Shown: piece by piece, positions 30,756 to 41,314 of the stretch | How positions within the stretch are numbered: position 1 is the stretch's first letter | Layout: each line of letters starts with the position of its first letter | Origin: an uncultured Pseudobdellovibrionaceae bacterium | GTDB taxonomy: Bacteria; Bdellovibrionota; Bdellovibrionia; Bdellovibrionales; UBA1609 | DNA: 64,000 bases | NCBI GenBank assembly: GCA_963803705.1 | Contig: CAWDNU010000003.1 | Location: 256,001 to 320,000 of the forward strand | Direction: 5' to 3' | The notes under the pieces: model-generated | Seen by the model: only the letters and a program-made list of their open reading frames with translations | What the model was told of the DNA's origin: nothing | The model's database searches: none | Program-made: the position numbers and the translations under genes

Positions 30756-32041
30756 TTGAGCGCTATACTTTGCCGGAAATGGATTTAATTTGGAGCCTTG
30801 AATCAAGGTTTAACGCTATGATGACTGTAGAAGTTGCAGTGGCCCAAGCACAAGCTGAAGTAGGAATAATTCCAGAAAAAGCCGCTAAAGACATAAAAAA
30901 GAAAGCAAAATTTAGTTTAAAACGTATTCTGGAAATTGAAAAAACCACGAAGCATGATGTGATAGCATTTGTTTCGAACATGGCAGAAAACGTGGGCCCT
31001 TCAGGCAAGTATATACACTATGGACTAACATCGTCTGACGTTATCGACACCGCAGTAAGTCTTCAGATCAAACAGGCTGCGGTTTTGGTTCAGGGTAAAA
31101 TCAAAAACTTAGAAAGTGCTTTAAAAGATCAGATCAAAACCCACGCTGAAACTTTATGTGCTGGTCGCACCCACGGAATGCACGCAGAACCAACCACTTT
31201 TGGAATGAAATTGGCTGGTTTTTTAGCTGAGTTAAAAAGAAATGGAAAACGCTTTAACTCTGCAGTTGACCAATGTGTGATTGGAAAGCTTAGCGGCGCC
31301 GTTGGAACTTACTCAGCCCAAAGTATTGGTGTAGAAAAATCAGTCTGTAAAGAGTTGGGCTTACAACCCGAAACTATAGCTACCCAAGTTATACCTAGGG
31401 ATAGGCACGCAGAGCTGATCTTTTCGATATCCATGTTAGGTGCAGGTCTTGAGCGCTTATCAATTGAACTAAGGCATTTGCAAAGAACTGAAGTTGGAGA
31501 AGTTAGCGAAGGCTTTAGCCCTGGTCAAAAGGGGTCTTCTGCCATGCCTCATAAGAAAAATCCCATTAGCTCTGAAAATATCACTGGTCTATCTAGACTT
31601 CTTCGAGGCTATATGATCTCTGCCCACGAAAATATTAGCCTGTGGCACGAACGTGACATCAGTCACTCTTCTGTAGAGCGGGTGATATTTCCCGACGCAT
31701 TTATTTTAGTGGATTATGCACTTAATCGGATGAGCGGTGTTATAGCAAACTTAGACGTGAATAAAGAAAGAATGATTGAAAATATGAATTTGTCTTCTGG
31801 ACATTTGTTTTCATCTCATATTTTATTGGCCTTGATTGAAAAAGGACTTTCCAGAGAAGAAGCCTATAAATTAGTGCAAAAGCATGCTCACGAACTTAAG
31901 AAAGGACTGAATCTGAAAGACAGTCTACTTGGTGACAAACAGATTTCTTCATTGTTACCCAAAAAACAACTTGAGCAAATTTTTTCAGGTGTTAAACATG
32001 TTCAACAGATAAAAAAACTAATTCCAAGAGCCTTAAAGTAA
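30752..32041 (+). CDS. purB: Adenylosuccinate lyase
   Basis: MIERY, HYGLTSSD, GRTHG, SSAMPHKKNP. Confidence 0.97.
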   Translation: MIERYTLPEMDLIWSLESRFNAMMTVEVAVAQAQAEVGIIPEKAAKDIKKKAKFSLKRILEIEKTTKHDVIAFVSNMAENVGPSGKYIHYGLTSSDVIDTAVSLQIKQAAVLVQGKIKNLESALKDQIKTHAETLCAGRTHGMHAEPTTFGMKLAGFLAELKRNGKRFNSAVDQCVIGKLSGAVGTYSAQSIGVEKSVCKELGLQPETIATQVIPRDRHAELIFSISMLGAGLERLSIELRHLQRTEVGEVSEGFSPGQKGSSAMPHKKNPISSENITGLSRLLRGYMISAHENISLWHERDISHSSVERVIFPDAFILVDYALNRMSGVIANLDVNKERMIENMNLSSGHLFSSHILLALIEKGLSREEAYKLVQKHAHELKKGLNLKDSLLGDKQISSLLPKKQLEQIFSGVKHVQQIKKLIPRALK

Positions 32042-32090
32042 AGAGTTGGGACTGAGAAATTTGGCTTTTAAACAGAAGGTGGGGTAGTTA

Positions 32091-32828
32091 GTGTACAAAA
32101 AGGGATCTCATCTTTACGAAGGAAAAGCCAAGCGAGTCTTTGAAGTTTTAGATACTGCAAATTCTAAAGTGGATGATTTATTATGGCTAGAATTTAAAGA
32201 TGATTTGACGGCTTTTAACGCTGTTAAAAAAGGAACTTTTCCAGGCAAAGGAAAAACTAACCTTATGATCACCGACATTATTTTCAATCAATTGAAATCT
32301 AAAGACCTGAAAACCCATTGGGTAGAAAAGATTTCTGAAACGGATTTGATTGTTAAAAAGTTAAAAATGATTCCATTAGAGATTGTAATTAGAAATACTT
32401 TAGCCGGCAGCACTGCTAAAAAGTTTAATATCGAAGAGGGGCGTGCTCTTACCGAACCTTTGTTCGAACTATTCTACAAAGATGATGCACTGGCTGACCC
32501 ATTTATCAACGATGATCAAGCGTTGATGTTAAAGACGGTCGACAATTTAGACCAGATTAAAAAACTAAAAGCTCAAGCGCTTCAGGTAAATGAGATCCTT
32601 CTCGAGATGTTTCAAAGTGTTGGTATTAAATTGGTGGATTTTAAACTAGAATTCGGCGTAGCTAAAAACGGAGAGATTTGTTTAGCCGATGAAATATCAC
32701 CTGATAGTTGTAGGTTGTGGGACATTGAAACAGGCGAAAGATTGGATAAAGATAGGTTTCGGCGTGATCTTGGTAAGGTCCAGGAATCATACGAAGGTAT
32801 TTTATCAAAACTGAAAAGTCGTTATTAG
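32091..32828 (+). CDS. purC: SAICAR synthetase
   Basis: YEGKAK, DFKLEFG, LADEISPDSCRLWD, DKDRFR. Confidence 0.97.
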   Translation: MYKKGSHLYEGKAKRVFEVLDTANSKVDDLLWLEFKDDLTAFNAVKKGTFPGKGKTNLMITDIIFNQLKSKDLKTHWVEKISETDLIVKKLKMIPLEIVIRNTLAGSTAKKFNIEEGRALTEPLFELFYKDDALADPFINDDQALMLKTVDNLDQIKKLKAQALQVNEILLEMFQSVGIKLVDFKLEFGVAKNGEICLADEISPDSCRLWDIETGERLDKDRFRRDLGKVQESYEGILSKLKSRY

Positions 32829-32918
32829 ACTTAAGCGTCTTACTAATTGTGAATTTAATTACAAGATCATAATGATTGGTTTTTAGTACTAGTTTAACTT
32901 TAAAAGGAGCTATCTTAA

Positions 32919-33158
32919 ATGTTAAAGTTCTCAGTACAGGTTTTGCCCAAACCTGAAGTATTAGATAGTCAAGGTCGCGCTGTCGAGACGCTATTAAGAA
33001 AAGAAGGTTTCGAGTTAAACTCGTGTCGAGTTGGCAAGTACATGGAGTTTGAAATGAACACGGATAACGAAAATGAGGCCTTAGAGCGCTTAAAGCAAAT
33101 GTCAGAATACGTTTTATACAATCCATTGATAGAAAAAATTGAAATCAAAAAAATATAA
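32919..33158 (+). CDS. purS: FGAM synthase subunit PurS
   Basis: KPEVLDSQG, RVGK, LYNPLIE. Confidence 0.93.
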   Translation: MLKFSVQVLPKPEVLDSQGRAVETLLRKEGFELNSCRVGKYMEFEMNTDNENEALERLKQMSEYVLYNPLIEKIEIKKI

Positions 33159-33191
33159 TATTTTGTATTTGATATACTAGGTTGGTTCGCT

Positions 33192-33839
33192 TTGAAAAAA
33201 ATAGGAATTACACGTTTTCTAGGTACTAATTGCGACAGAGACATCTGGACTGCTATACAGGGCATGGGCTATGAACCAGAATGGCTTTGGTACGAAAACC
33301 AATATAATTTAGACAACTACCAAGCAGTTTTTATTCCTGGAGGCTTCAGCTACGGGGATTACCTACGCTGTGGGGCTTTAGCTGCTAGAAGTCAGGTCAT
33401 GAAGTCAGTAAAAACTTCGGCTGAAAAAGGTCTGCCTGTATTTGGGATTTGTAATGGCTTTCAAATTCTTTGCGAAGCGGAAATGCTGCCTGGAGCTTTA
33501 CTTCGAAACGAGTCCGTTCAGTTTATTGACTCTTGGGTAGAGCTTGAATGTATGACTACATCTAAGCGCTGGGATTTTGGTGAGAACAAAAAAATACCGA
33601 TTGCGCATGGCGAAGGTAGATACTTCGTTTTCGAGGACGAGCGAAGCAAGCTCTACGATGAGGATCAAGTGTGGTTAAAGTACGTAGATAATCCCAATGG
33701 TTCGTTAGATGATATCGCTGGTGTATTAAATCAAAAGAAAAATGTAGGTGGGCTTATGCCACATCCAGAACGCGCAGTGCAGGCTTGGATGGGAACGGCT
33801 GATGGACTGCAGATTTTAGAAAATTTTTTAGGCTCTTAA
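33192..33839 (+). CDS. purQ: FGAM synthase glutaminase subunit
   Basis: GTNCDRD, PGGFSYGDYLR, GICNGFQ, MPHPER. Confidence 0.97.
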   Translation: MKKIGITRFLGTNCDRDIWTAIQGMGYEPEWLWYENQYNLDNYQAVFIPGGFSYGDYLRCGALAARSQVMKSVKTSAEKGLPVFGICNGFQILCEAEMLPGALLRNESVQFIDSWVELECMTTSKRWDFGENKKIPIAHGEGRYFVFEDERSKLYDEDQVWLKYVDNPNGSLDDIAGVLNQKKNVGGLMPHPERAVQAWMGTADGLQILENFLGS

Positions 33840-33879
33840 ATATTGCTATTGTAGAGCTGCAAATAAACTAGGAAAAAAA

Positions 33880-36171
33880 ATGCCAAATGATTTGAACTCA
33901 AAGACTCTGCAGAACCCCCGGTCACAAATTGCGACCGAAACCGAGCTTCAAGAAAAACTATCGAAGTATCGGCTAAGTAAAGATGAATACAAAAAAATAA
34001 TAGAACTTTTAGGCCGCAAGCCTGTCGGCATCGAGTGGGCGTTGTTTTCTGCCCTTTGGAGCGAGCACTGTAGTTATAAATCATCTCGTAGACATCTTAA
34101 AAACTTTTTTTCTGAGTCGGAGCGTTTAGTCTCTGGGTTCGGCGAAAATGCTGGCGTTATTGATTTGGGTGACGGAGAACGCGTGGGATTCAAAATGGAA
34201 AGCCACAATCATCCTTCTTTTATCGAGCCCTATCAAGGTGCTGCCACTGGCGTGGGAGGCATATTGCGTGATATTTTTACTATGGGGGCTCGACCGATAG
34301 CACTCGCTAACTATCTTTGCTTTGGGAAGCCAGAAGCAAAGCGCATGCAAAGCCTTGTAGAGGGTGTTGTTCGCGGAATTTCTGGTTATGGAAACTGCGT
34401 TGGAGTTCCAAATATTTCCGGTCAAACAGAATTTCATGAGTCCTATGACGAAAATATTTTAGTGAACGCTTTTGCGCTAGGATACTTTGGCAAGGACGAT
34501 ACCTTAGTAACATCTCAAGCTAAGGGTGTTGGCAACTGGGTTGTCTACGTGGGTGCAAAAACAGGTCGTGACGGCATTCACGGAGCCAGTATGGCAAGTG
34601 CATCGTTTGATGGCGCAGATGAATCTGGGCACAACACTATCGATGAAAGCAAAAGACCTACTATCCAAATTGGGGATCCTTTTCTAGAAAAGCTCTTAAT
34701 TGAATCTTGTATCGAAGTGATCAATCAAGACCTAGTGTTGGCTATTCAGGATATGGGCGCTGCGGGTCTTACAAGTTCAGCTTTTGAGATGGCGTCAAAA
34801 GGCGGGGTAGGCTTTGATATGCATTTGGACCAGGTTCCACTTCGCGACTCTACGATGTCACCGGAAGATATTCTGCTATCAGAAAGCCAGGAAAGGATGC
34901 TTTTAGTATGCAAACCTTCAAAATTTAAAGCTATAGAAGAGGTTTTTAAAAAGTGGAATTTAGATGCAACTAAGATTGGTGAAGTTTTAGAAAAAAGAAT
35001 TATAAATTTGCATTGGAATAAAGAGATAATCTGCTCTATAGATCCGGACACCTTAACTGAAAATGCTCCGAACTATGACCGTGAGTATGCTAAGGATTTT
35101 AAGGACTTTACTGAACTGCAAATTTCAGAAAATGAAACTCGATTAACTCTTAATGCAAAAAATTTCAATGAAAATTATTTAGACAAGATATATGAAAGTT
35201 TGTTTCTAGCTCCTAAGAATTGGATTTATGATCAGTATGATCAAAGAGTTGGTGCTAAAACAGCTAGAGACTGTAGTGAATCTGTAGGGGTCGTGGTTTT
35301 GCCAGAGTCTAAAAGATCATTGGGAATTGTTTTAGGATGCAGGCCGTACATGATGCGCATGAGCGCTTTCGTGGGAGCCCAGGATGCAGTGCTCTATCCT
35401 TCCATTGAATTAGCATTGAAGGGATTAGAGCCCTTAGCTGTAACTGATTGCCTAAATTTTGGTAACCCGGAAAAGAAGAATGTAATGACAGATTTCGTAG
35501 CGACAGTTGAAGGTATAAGTGACGCGTGCCGAGCACTTAATACTCCGGTAATAAGCGGAAACGTCAGTTTCTACAACGAGACTAGAGGTCAAAATATCAC
35601 TGCTACGCCTTCAACAGGTGTCGTAGGCCTTGGGGGATCTCCCGACAAAGTACCGAGTTCTTATTTTGAAAAGTCCGGTGACCTAATTTATTTGCTATCA
35701 ACTATTAATTCTGTCGAAATAGGTGGTTTATGGGTTGAACTTGAAGATACTAAAAGGTGGATGCGAGGCCAGATCGATTGCAATTCTATTGCTAGTTACG
35801 TCAGATCTTTGAAGACTCTTGTTGATACGGGTTTGGTAAAAGCTTCAAGAGTCGTTGGTGGTTATGGACTTCTTCCTGCTTTGGTTAAAATGGCAGAACA
35901 TAAAATGGGTTGTGACTTAAATTTATCAGTAAAAGATGTTGTTCAAGAAAAGCTTTACGAATCGGTGGTGATTGTGTCCTTTAAAGATCAAAGCGATTTT
36001 GAGAATTTACTCCAACGTGAATCTAAATCTATAAACTTCAAAAATATAGGTGAAGTCATCGATAAAAATGAAATTACTTTCAAGCAGGGTGACTACAAAT
36101 CAGTTTCAATTTCCATGCTAAAAAATAAATCTAAATCAGCTTGGTCAAAGGCCTTTCCGGAGCTTAAATGA
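33880..36171 (+). CDS. purL: FGAM synthase subunit PurL
   Basis: WSEHCSYKSS, ESHNHPS, QDMGAAG, SESQERM, GNVSFYNE. Confidence 0.97.
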   Translation: MPNDLNSKTLQNPRSQIATETELQEKLSKYRLSKDEYKKIIELLGRKPVGIEWALFSALWSEHCSYKSSRRHLKNFFSESERLVSGFGENAGVIDLGDGERVGFKMESHNHPSFIEPYQGAATGVGGILRDIFTMGARPIALANYLCFGKPEAKRMQSLVEGVVRGISGYGNCVGVPNISGQTEFHESYDENILVNAFALGYFGKDDTLVTSQAKGVGNWVVYVGAKTGRDGIHGASMASASFDGADESGHNTIDESKRPTIQIGDPFLEKLLIESCIEVINQDLVLAIQDMGAAGLTSSAFEMASKGGVGFDMHLDQVPLRDSTMSPEDILLSESQERMLLVCKPSKFKAIEEVFKKWNLDATKIGEVLEKRIINLHWNKEIICSIDPDTLTENAPNYDREYAKDFKDFTELQISENETRLTLNAKNFNENYLDKIYESLFLAPKNWIYDQYDQRVGAKTARDCSESVGVVVLPESKRSLGIVLGCRPYMMRMSAFVGAQDAVLYPSIELALKGLEPLAVTDCLNFGNPEKKNVMTDFVATVEGISDACRALNTPVISGNVSFYNETRGQNITATPSTGVVGLGGSPDKVPSSYFEKSGDLIYLLSTINSVEIGGLWVELEDTKRWMRGQIDCNSIASYVRSLKTLVDTGLVKASRVVGGYGLLPALVKMAEHKMGCDLNLSVKDVVQEKLYESVVIVSFKDQSDFENLLQRESKSINFKNIGEVIDKNEITFKQGDYKSVSISMLKNKSKSAWSKAFPELK

Positions 36172-37649
36172 ATAACGATATGGCTTTGATAGACGTAAGC
36201 ACTGTTAAAAATGACAGCTTTAGCTTGGATGAAAAAAGCCCGCCAAAAAACAACCCAGATATAATTCGGCAGGACACGGATAAGCCGTCGTGGAATGACG
36301 AGTGCGCAGTCTTCGGGATCTGGAATGATCCAGAAGCTAGCCACATGACTTACCTTGGTCTTTTTGCTTTACAACACAGGGGACAAGAATCCTCTGGCAT
36401 TGTGACTTTAGAAGGGAAAAAACATCTTGAAAAAAAAGGTTTAGGTTTAGTGGGTGAAGTTTTTAGTGAGTCTGATCTGAGGTCCTTGGCAGGACTAGCA
36501 GCAGTTGGACATAACAGGTACTCAACAACTGGAAATGATCAGATCTCAAACTACCAGCCGCTAACTGCAAGTTTACTTACTGGACCCTTAGCCATTGCCC
36601 ACAATGGCAATATTGTAAATGATAAAGAATTGAGGAACGAATTGAAGAATCAGGGCTCCATTTTTCAGGGAACCTCGGACACGGAGGTTCTGCTTCATCT
36701 TCTGGCTAAAGACAGTCGCACGGATTTAGTTGAGTGTCTAAAATCAGGTCTTGTGAAACTAAAAGGTGCTTACAGTTTTGCTATTTTAAGCCACAACTGT
36801 TTGATTGCCGCTCGTGACCCCTACGGTTTTAGACCTCTTATTTTGGGAAAGAGAAAGCACGAAAAAGGTGAGTCTTGGGTCGTGGCTTCAGAATCCTGCG
36901 CGTTCGACTTGATCGGAGCTGAATTTGTCCGAGAGATAGAACCTGGCGAAATCGTTAAGATTGACGATAAAGGTTTAGCTTCAGAAATTTTTGATAAAAG
37001 AGAAAAGCATGCTCAGTGTATTTTTGAGCACGTGTATTTTTCTAGACCAGACTCTAATGTATTTGGTTTAAATGTCTATTCTACCAGAAAGGAAATGGGC
37101 CGAGCACTTGCTAAAGAAAACTCTGGTATTAGGGCAGATTTGGTTGTCCCAGTGCCAGATAGCGGTATTCCGTCAGCACTTGGCTTTAGCGAACAAAGTA
37201 AGATTCCATTCGAGCTAGGTATAATAAGGAACCACTACATTGGTCGTACCTTTATTCAGCCTTCTCAGAGCATAAGAAGCTTTGGAGTAAAAATTAAGTT
37301 AAACCCACAAGCAGATATTTTAAGAGGTAAAAAAGTGATAGTCATCGATGACTCACTTGTGCGCGGTACAACCAGCAAGAAAATTATCAGTTTGTTAAGA
37401 CACGCTGGCGCAAAAGAAGTTCACTTTATGGTGGCGTGTCCTCCAACCATTAGTCCGTGTTTCTATGGGGTGGACACACCAGAAAAAGTTCAGCTGATTG
37501 CTGCTAATCACACCCTGCCGCAGATTCAGGATCATATTGGTGCTGACTCTTTATCTTACCTTTCCCATGAAGGACTTATGTCTTCAGTTTCTAAAGCTCC
37601 GAAAAAGGGTTTTTGTTCTGCCTGCTTTACAGAGGACTATCCGGAATAA
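36168..37649 (+). CDS. purF: Amidophosphoribosyltransferase
   Basis: ECAVFG, LQHRGQES, GHNRYST, DDSLVRGTT and Fe-S cysteines (CSAC). Confidence 0.97.
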   Translation: MNNDMALIDVSTVKNDSFSLDEKSPPKNNPDIIRQDTDKPSWNDECAVFGIWNDPEASHMTYLGLFALQHRGQESSGIVTLEGKKHLEKKGLGLVGEVFSESDLRSLAGLAAVGHNRYSTTGNDQISNYQPLTASLLTGPLAIAHNGNIVNDKELRNELKNQGSIFQGTSDTEVLLHLLAKDSRTDLVECLKSGLVKLKGAYSFAILSHNCLIAARDPYGFRPLILGKRKHEKGESWVVASESCAFDLIGAEFVREIEPGEIVKIDDKGLASEIFDKREKHAQCIFEHVYFSRPDSNVFGLNVYSTRKEMGRALAKENSGIRADLVVPVPDSGIPSALGFSEQSKIPFELGIIRNHYIGRTFIQPSQSIRSFGVKIKLNPQADILRGKKVIVIDDSLVRGTTSKKIISLLRHAGAKEVHFMVACPPTISPCFYGVDTPEKVQLIAANHTLPQIQDHIGADSLSYLSHEGLMSSVSKAPKKGFCSACFTEDYPE

Positions 37650-37667
37650 TAATAATAATTGTGGAAG

Positions 37668-39190
37668 CTATTCGTAAACGCCTTCTTGATATAAATTTTC
37701 AAAGTTTAGGTCTGCGTATTTTCCGCCACCAATAGCAGCTAAAAGTTCTTCATAATCATGCTCCGAGCTATTTATATACTGATGGACTCTTTCAGACTTC
37801 TCTTCAATGTCTAGGCCCCTTTGCAAATCCTTTCTTAAGGTTGTAATCCCAACTGGACAAGTGTTCTTATTGCACTGTAAGGCTTGGATGCAACCTATTG
37901 ACAACAAGAAGCCTCTGGCAATGTAAACTGCATCGGCACCCATTGACATCGCTATAAACTGTTCACTAGCGTTTATAAGTTTTCCAGCTGCTAATAATTT
38001 CACTCTATCCCTAACTTCAAGTTTAACTAAGGCTTAATGAACGAAGGGCAAAGCTTTAAATATAGGTACACCAACATCATCCATAAAAACTTTAGGTGCG
38101 GCACCTGTTCCACCCTCGGCCCCATCGATAGAAATATAGTCTGGAAAACAGTTCTGTTTTTTCATCTCTTCAATCAAGCTCAGAAACTCAGGTTTACGCC
38201 CGATACAAAGTTTAATACCGACGGGCAATTCGCTTAGGTCCTGGATCCTTTTTATAAATTTCACTGTATTAACAGGGTTATCGCATTCAATTTGAAAAGG
38301 CGGGGACTTAACATCTTTATCTTTAGACACGCCTCTTAACTCTGCGATCTCATCTGTAATTTTTTCTTTAGGTAGAAGTCCTCCTTTTCCAGGCTTAGCT
38401 CCTTGAGAAAACTTTATCTCGATCATTTTAACGTTTGGCTCGGAAGCAATTTTTTTCAAATTTTCTTCATTTAAGCTACTATCTTCATTTCTACAGCCAA
38501 ATTTCGCAGTGTCCATTTGAAATATCACGTCCGCTTTTTCTTTCAAGTGATGAAGAGGGTAACCACCTTCACCTGTATTTATTGGGATACCAGCTTTATA
38601 AGCTCCTTTGGAAAGAGCTCTTACGGCATTTTCCCCTAGAGAGCCGTAACTCATGGCACTGATTAAGATTGGGTGATTTATCGTATACGAATTTTTTAGG
38701 TTACGTTCGTCTCCAAAGGTTAAGCTAAACTTTTCCAAATTTTCTTTGTGCACCGGATACATTGAATGACGAATTTTTATTTCAGTTTTATCGAACTTCT
38801 TTTGCGAACCATAAGCAGATGTGGAATCAATTCCTTTTGATTTCTGATAGATTTCTGAACGTTCTACGCGGTTAAAAGGCATTTCTTCTGTATCACCCAT
38901 AAATAGGTATTGTCTAAATTCTGGACCGATACTTTCTAAAATGTACCTAACTTGAGCAGCAATTCAAAATTAGAAAGCAAAGAGTGTTTTTTTTGAATAT
39001 GCCGATAATAGAAATTAAGCGCAGTTAATCCAAAAAAAAGCACCGCATAAATGTAGAAGCTCGAGGATTTAAAATAACCCAGAAATAGAAATAAAATCAT
39101 CAGTAAGGGTATTGCGGAATTTGTAAAAGATGAAATCTTTTACAAGTTTACATTTATACTTCCACCAAGTTGTCTTTTTTTTGTTTTCAT
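37668..39190 (-). pseudogene. FMN-binding glutamate synthase-family (YerD-like) pseudogene
   Basis: Motifs SAMSYGSL, NTGEGG, EIKFSQGAKPGKGG, DGAEGGTGAAP and CIQALQCNKNTCPVG. In-frame TAA at ~39142-39140, a 1-nt frameshift at ~38965 (NF[G]IAAQVRY), and in-frame TAA at 38036-38034 (PFVH*ALVK). Confidence 0.88.
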
Positions 39191-39263
39191 CAAACAAAAG
39201 ATATCATAGGCACCTAGTTAATGTGCGAAAAAACAGTTTTTGAAACTAACTCTTGAACTAGCG

Positions 39264-39295
39264 AACCTGCTGTATATAGCTACATCCAGCAGGTT
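39264..39295. terminator. Hairpin downstream of the EEP gene
   Basis: AACCTGCTG-N14-CAGCAGGTT; lacks a clear T tail. Confidence 0.4.
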
Positions 39296-39346
39296 TAACT
39301 GTCAAAATTCTACAAAGCTGGGAGTTAAATTTATTTTTTACTTCTA

Positions 39347-40255
39347 CTAGAACTCAATTTGGGCTGTGACTGCACAGTGATCAGAGATATTTGTTTTATA
39401 AAAGTTTATCTTTTTTAAGGTATTTTTATTTCTGTCACAGATTGGATGCACAAAATAATCGAGAATAACTTTTTTTGTCTTGATCATTAAAAAGTCAAAA
39501 ATTTTCTGAGTTTTAGAAAGAGTCGTCGGCAAATCCTTAACTGTAAAAAAGTTCAGACCATTTTTTTCGCTTAAGTCTAAGAAATCATCAATTTCGCTAA
39601 AACGCTCGCCATCAATATTTCTGATATAGCTATTGAAATCACCACCAACTATCTGGGTTTCGTTTAGGGGTACACCCAAGTTCACTAGGCTTTCGATAAG
39701 CAAATCGGTCTGTACTTTCCTTCGAGCGGACTCTTTGTAGCCGGCCTTCAAGTGAAGATTGTAGGTGTTGATAATTTGACCAGAAGAAAGTTCTTTTAAT
39801 GACACCGATAACACATCTCTTAGTCTATCTCTAGGAGCTGAGATTGCGATTACACGGGCTGGATCAAATAGCTCATCCGAGCTGCCTAGAACTTGAAACT
39901 TATTAGTGTCAAAACATGTTAAAACATACTGATGTGCGCCGCCTCTAAAATTATAACTGGCGCAACGAAAACGCGAATCAAGAATTTTTTCAAATTTTTC
40001 AGGTTTGGTTATCTCTTGAAACAGAAAAATATCAGTGGACTGTAAATCGTCACCTAAAAATTTTTTTAAAACCTTGTCTCTTTTCACGGGTTCTTTAGTG
40101 TGAAACTTCGTATTGCCATACCAGGCGATATTCAATGAGGTGATCCTCACATCAGTAGGTTTAGCGGACGCACTCAGTGTGAATAAAAGAATGAAACTAA
40201 AACCAATTTTTTTTCTCACATTTGTATTGTCTGTATAAAATTTTGAAGAGTGCAA
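39347..40255 (-). CDS. Secreted endonuclease/exonuclease/phosphatase family protein
   Basis: Signal peptide ending ASA; SLNIAW, FQEI, HLKAG, GGDFN, SDHC. Confidence 0.85.
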   Translation of the reverse strand: MHSSKFYTDNTNVRKKIGFSFILLFTLSASAKPTDVRITSLNIAWYGNTKFHTKEPVKRDKVLKKFLGDDLQSTDIFLFQEITKPEKFEKILDSRFRCASYNFRGGAHQYVLTCFDTNKFQVLGSSDELFDPARVIAISAPRDRLRDVLSVSLKELSSGQIINTYNLHLKAGYKESARRKVQTDLLIESLVNLGVPLNETQIVGGDFNSYIRNIDGERFSEIDDFLDLSEKNGLNFFTVKDLPTTLSKTQKIFDFLMIKTKKVILDYFVHPICDRNKNTLKKINFYKTNISDHCAVTAQIEF

Positions 40256-40367
40256 ACATTATATCTAAATGGCCCAGAGTTTAAAACGGCGTTGACGCAA
40301 TCTTAACATCCCAATTATAAAAGCTATTTAAGCTTGATTCTAAAAACAGACCCGTCAGAATTAAACT

Positions 40368-41288
40368 ATGGCCTCTGGATTTAAATTATCGTTAAGTGTT
40401 ATTGCCCCAAGTTTTAAAATTCCACCTGCGGATCTTAATGCATGCTTGACCGCACTTAAAAATCTAGATGTTAAATTAGAAGTTGAAAAACCTTTGTTTA
40501 GCACCAAAGATCTTTGCTCAAATACGGTGTACAAGCGCCTGAAAGGCTTAACCAAAGCTTTCAGTAATAATTCTGATTACATCTGGTGTTTAAGAGGGGG
40601 TTACGGAGCTCTTCATTTAGTTAAAGATCTATTAGAAATGCCAAAGCCTTCAAGGAAAATTAAGCTAATAGGTTTTAGCGATATCACAGTTCTGCATTAT
40701 ATTACTAACCAAAGATGGAATATAAGCTCGCTTCACTGGAAGCATTTGAATAGTTTTTTAGTTAAAAATGAAAAAGGGATTTTAAGTTTTAACCAATCGA
40801 CATTTATTCAAGCAGTTGAAGATCTTAGAAGTATAAATGAATTTGATCTAGGTGTTGTAAAACCTTTAAATTCAGCTGCAAAAAAAGTAAAAAACATCCA
40901 TTCTAAAGTTGTTGGTGGCAATCTAATTACTTTGCAGTCCTTGGTAGGACTAGAAATCCCAAAACCAGTAGGTAAAATTCTTTTTTTAGAAGAAGTTGAC
41001 GAGCCAATATATAAGATTGATCGAGCGTTCACACAGTTGCATTTAAATGGTTGGTTTAGTGATCTTGATGCTATGGTACTTGGGTCTTTTAGCCACAAAG
41101 ATAAAGTAATTCAGAAGAAGATTGAAGAGTATCTAAAACAAAAGCTAAGTACATATAAGTGTCCAGTATTTGCTGGGTTGAGGGCCGGGCACATACCTGA
41201 TCAAAAGCCCTTGTTTTTTAACACTGAGTCATCAATCCAGTTGGACAAAAATAAATTTAAGCTTAAAGTAAGAAATGGGTTTATTTGA
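40368..41288 (+). CDS. ldcA: LD-carboxypeptidase (peptidase S66)
   Basis: RGGYG, GFSDIT (Ser), GGNL, LEEVDE (Glu), GH (His). Confidence 0.88.
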   Translation: MASGFKLSLSVIAPSFKIPPADLNACLTALKNLDVKLEVEKPLFSTKDLCSNTVYKRLKGLTKAFSNNSDYIWCLRGGYGALHLVKDLLEMPKPSRKIKLIGFSDITVLHYITNQRWNISSLHWKHLNSFLVKNEKGILSFNQSTFIQAVEDLRSINEFDLGVVKPLNSAAKKVKNIHSKVVGGNLITLQSLVGLEIPKPVGKILFLEEVDEPIYKIDRAFTQLHLNGWFSDLDAMVLGSFSHKDKVIQKKIEEYLKQKLSTYKCPVFAGLRAGHIPDQKPLFFNTESSIQLDKNKFKLKVRNGFI

Positions 41289-41314
41289 TTTAAAAAATCC
41301 AAAGGCTTGTTTGA

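Noticed and set aside
37668..39190. Stop-codon reassignment explaining the in-frame TAA codons
   Set aside because: TAA terminates many intact genes in this window, and the same gene also has a frameshift.
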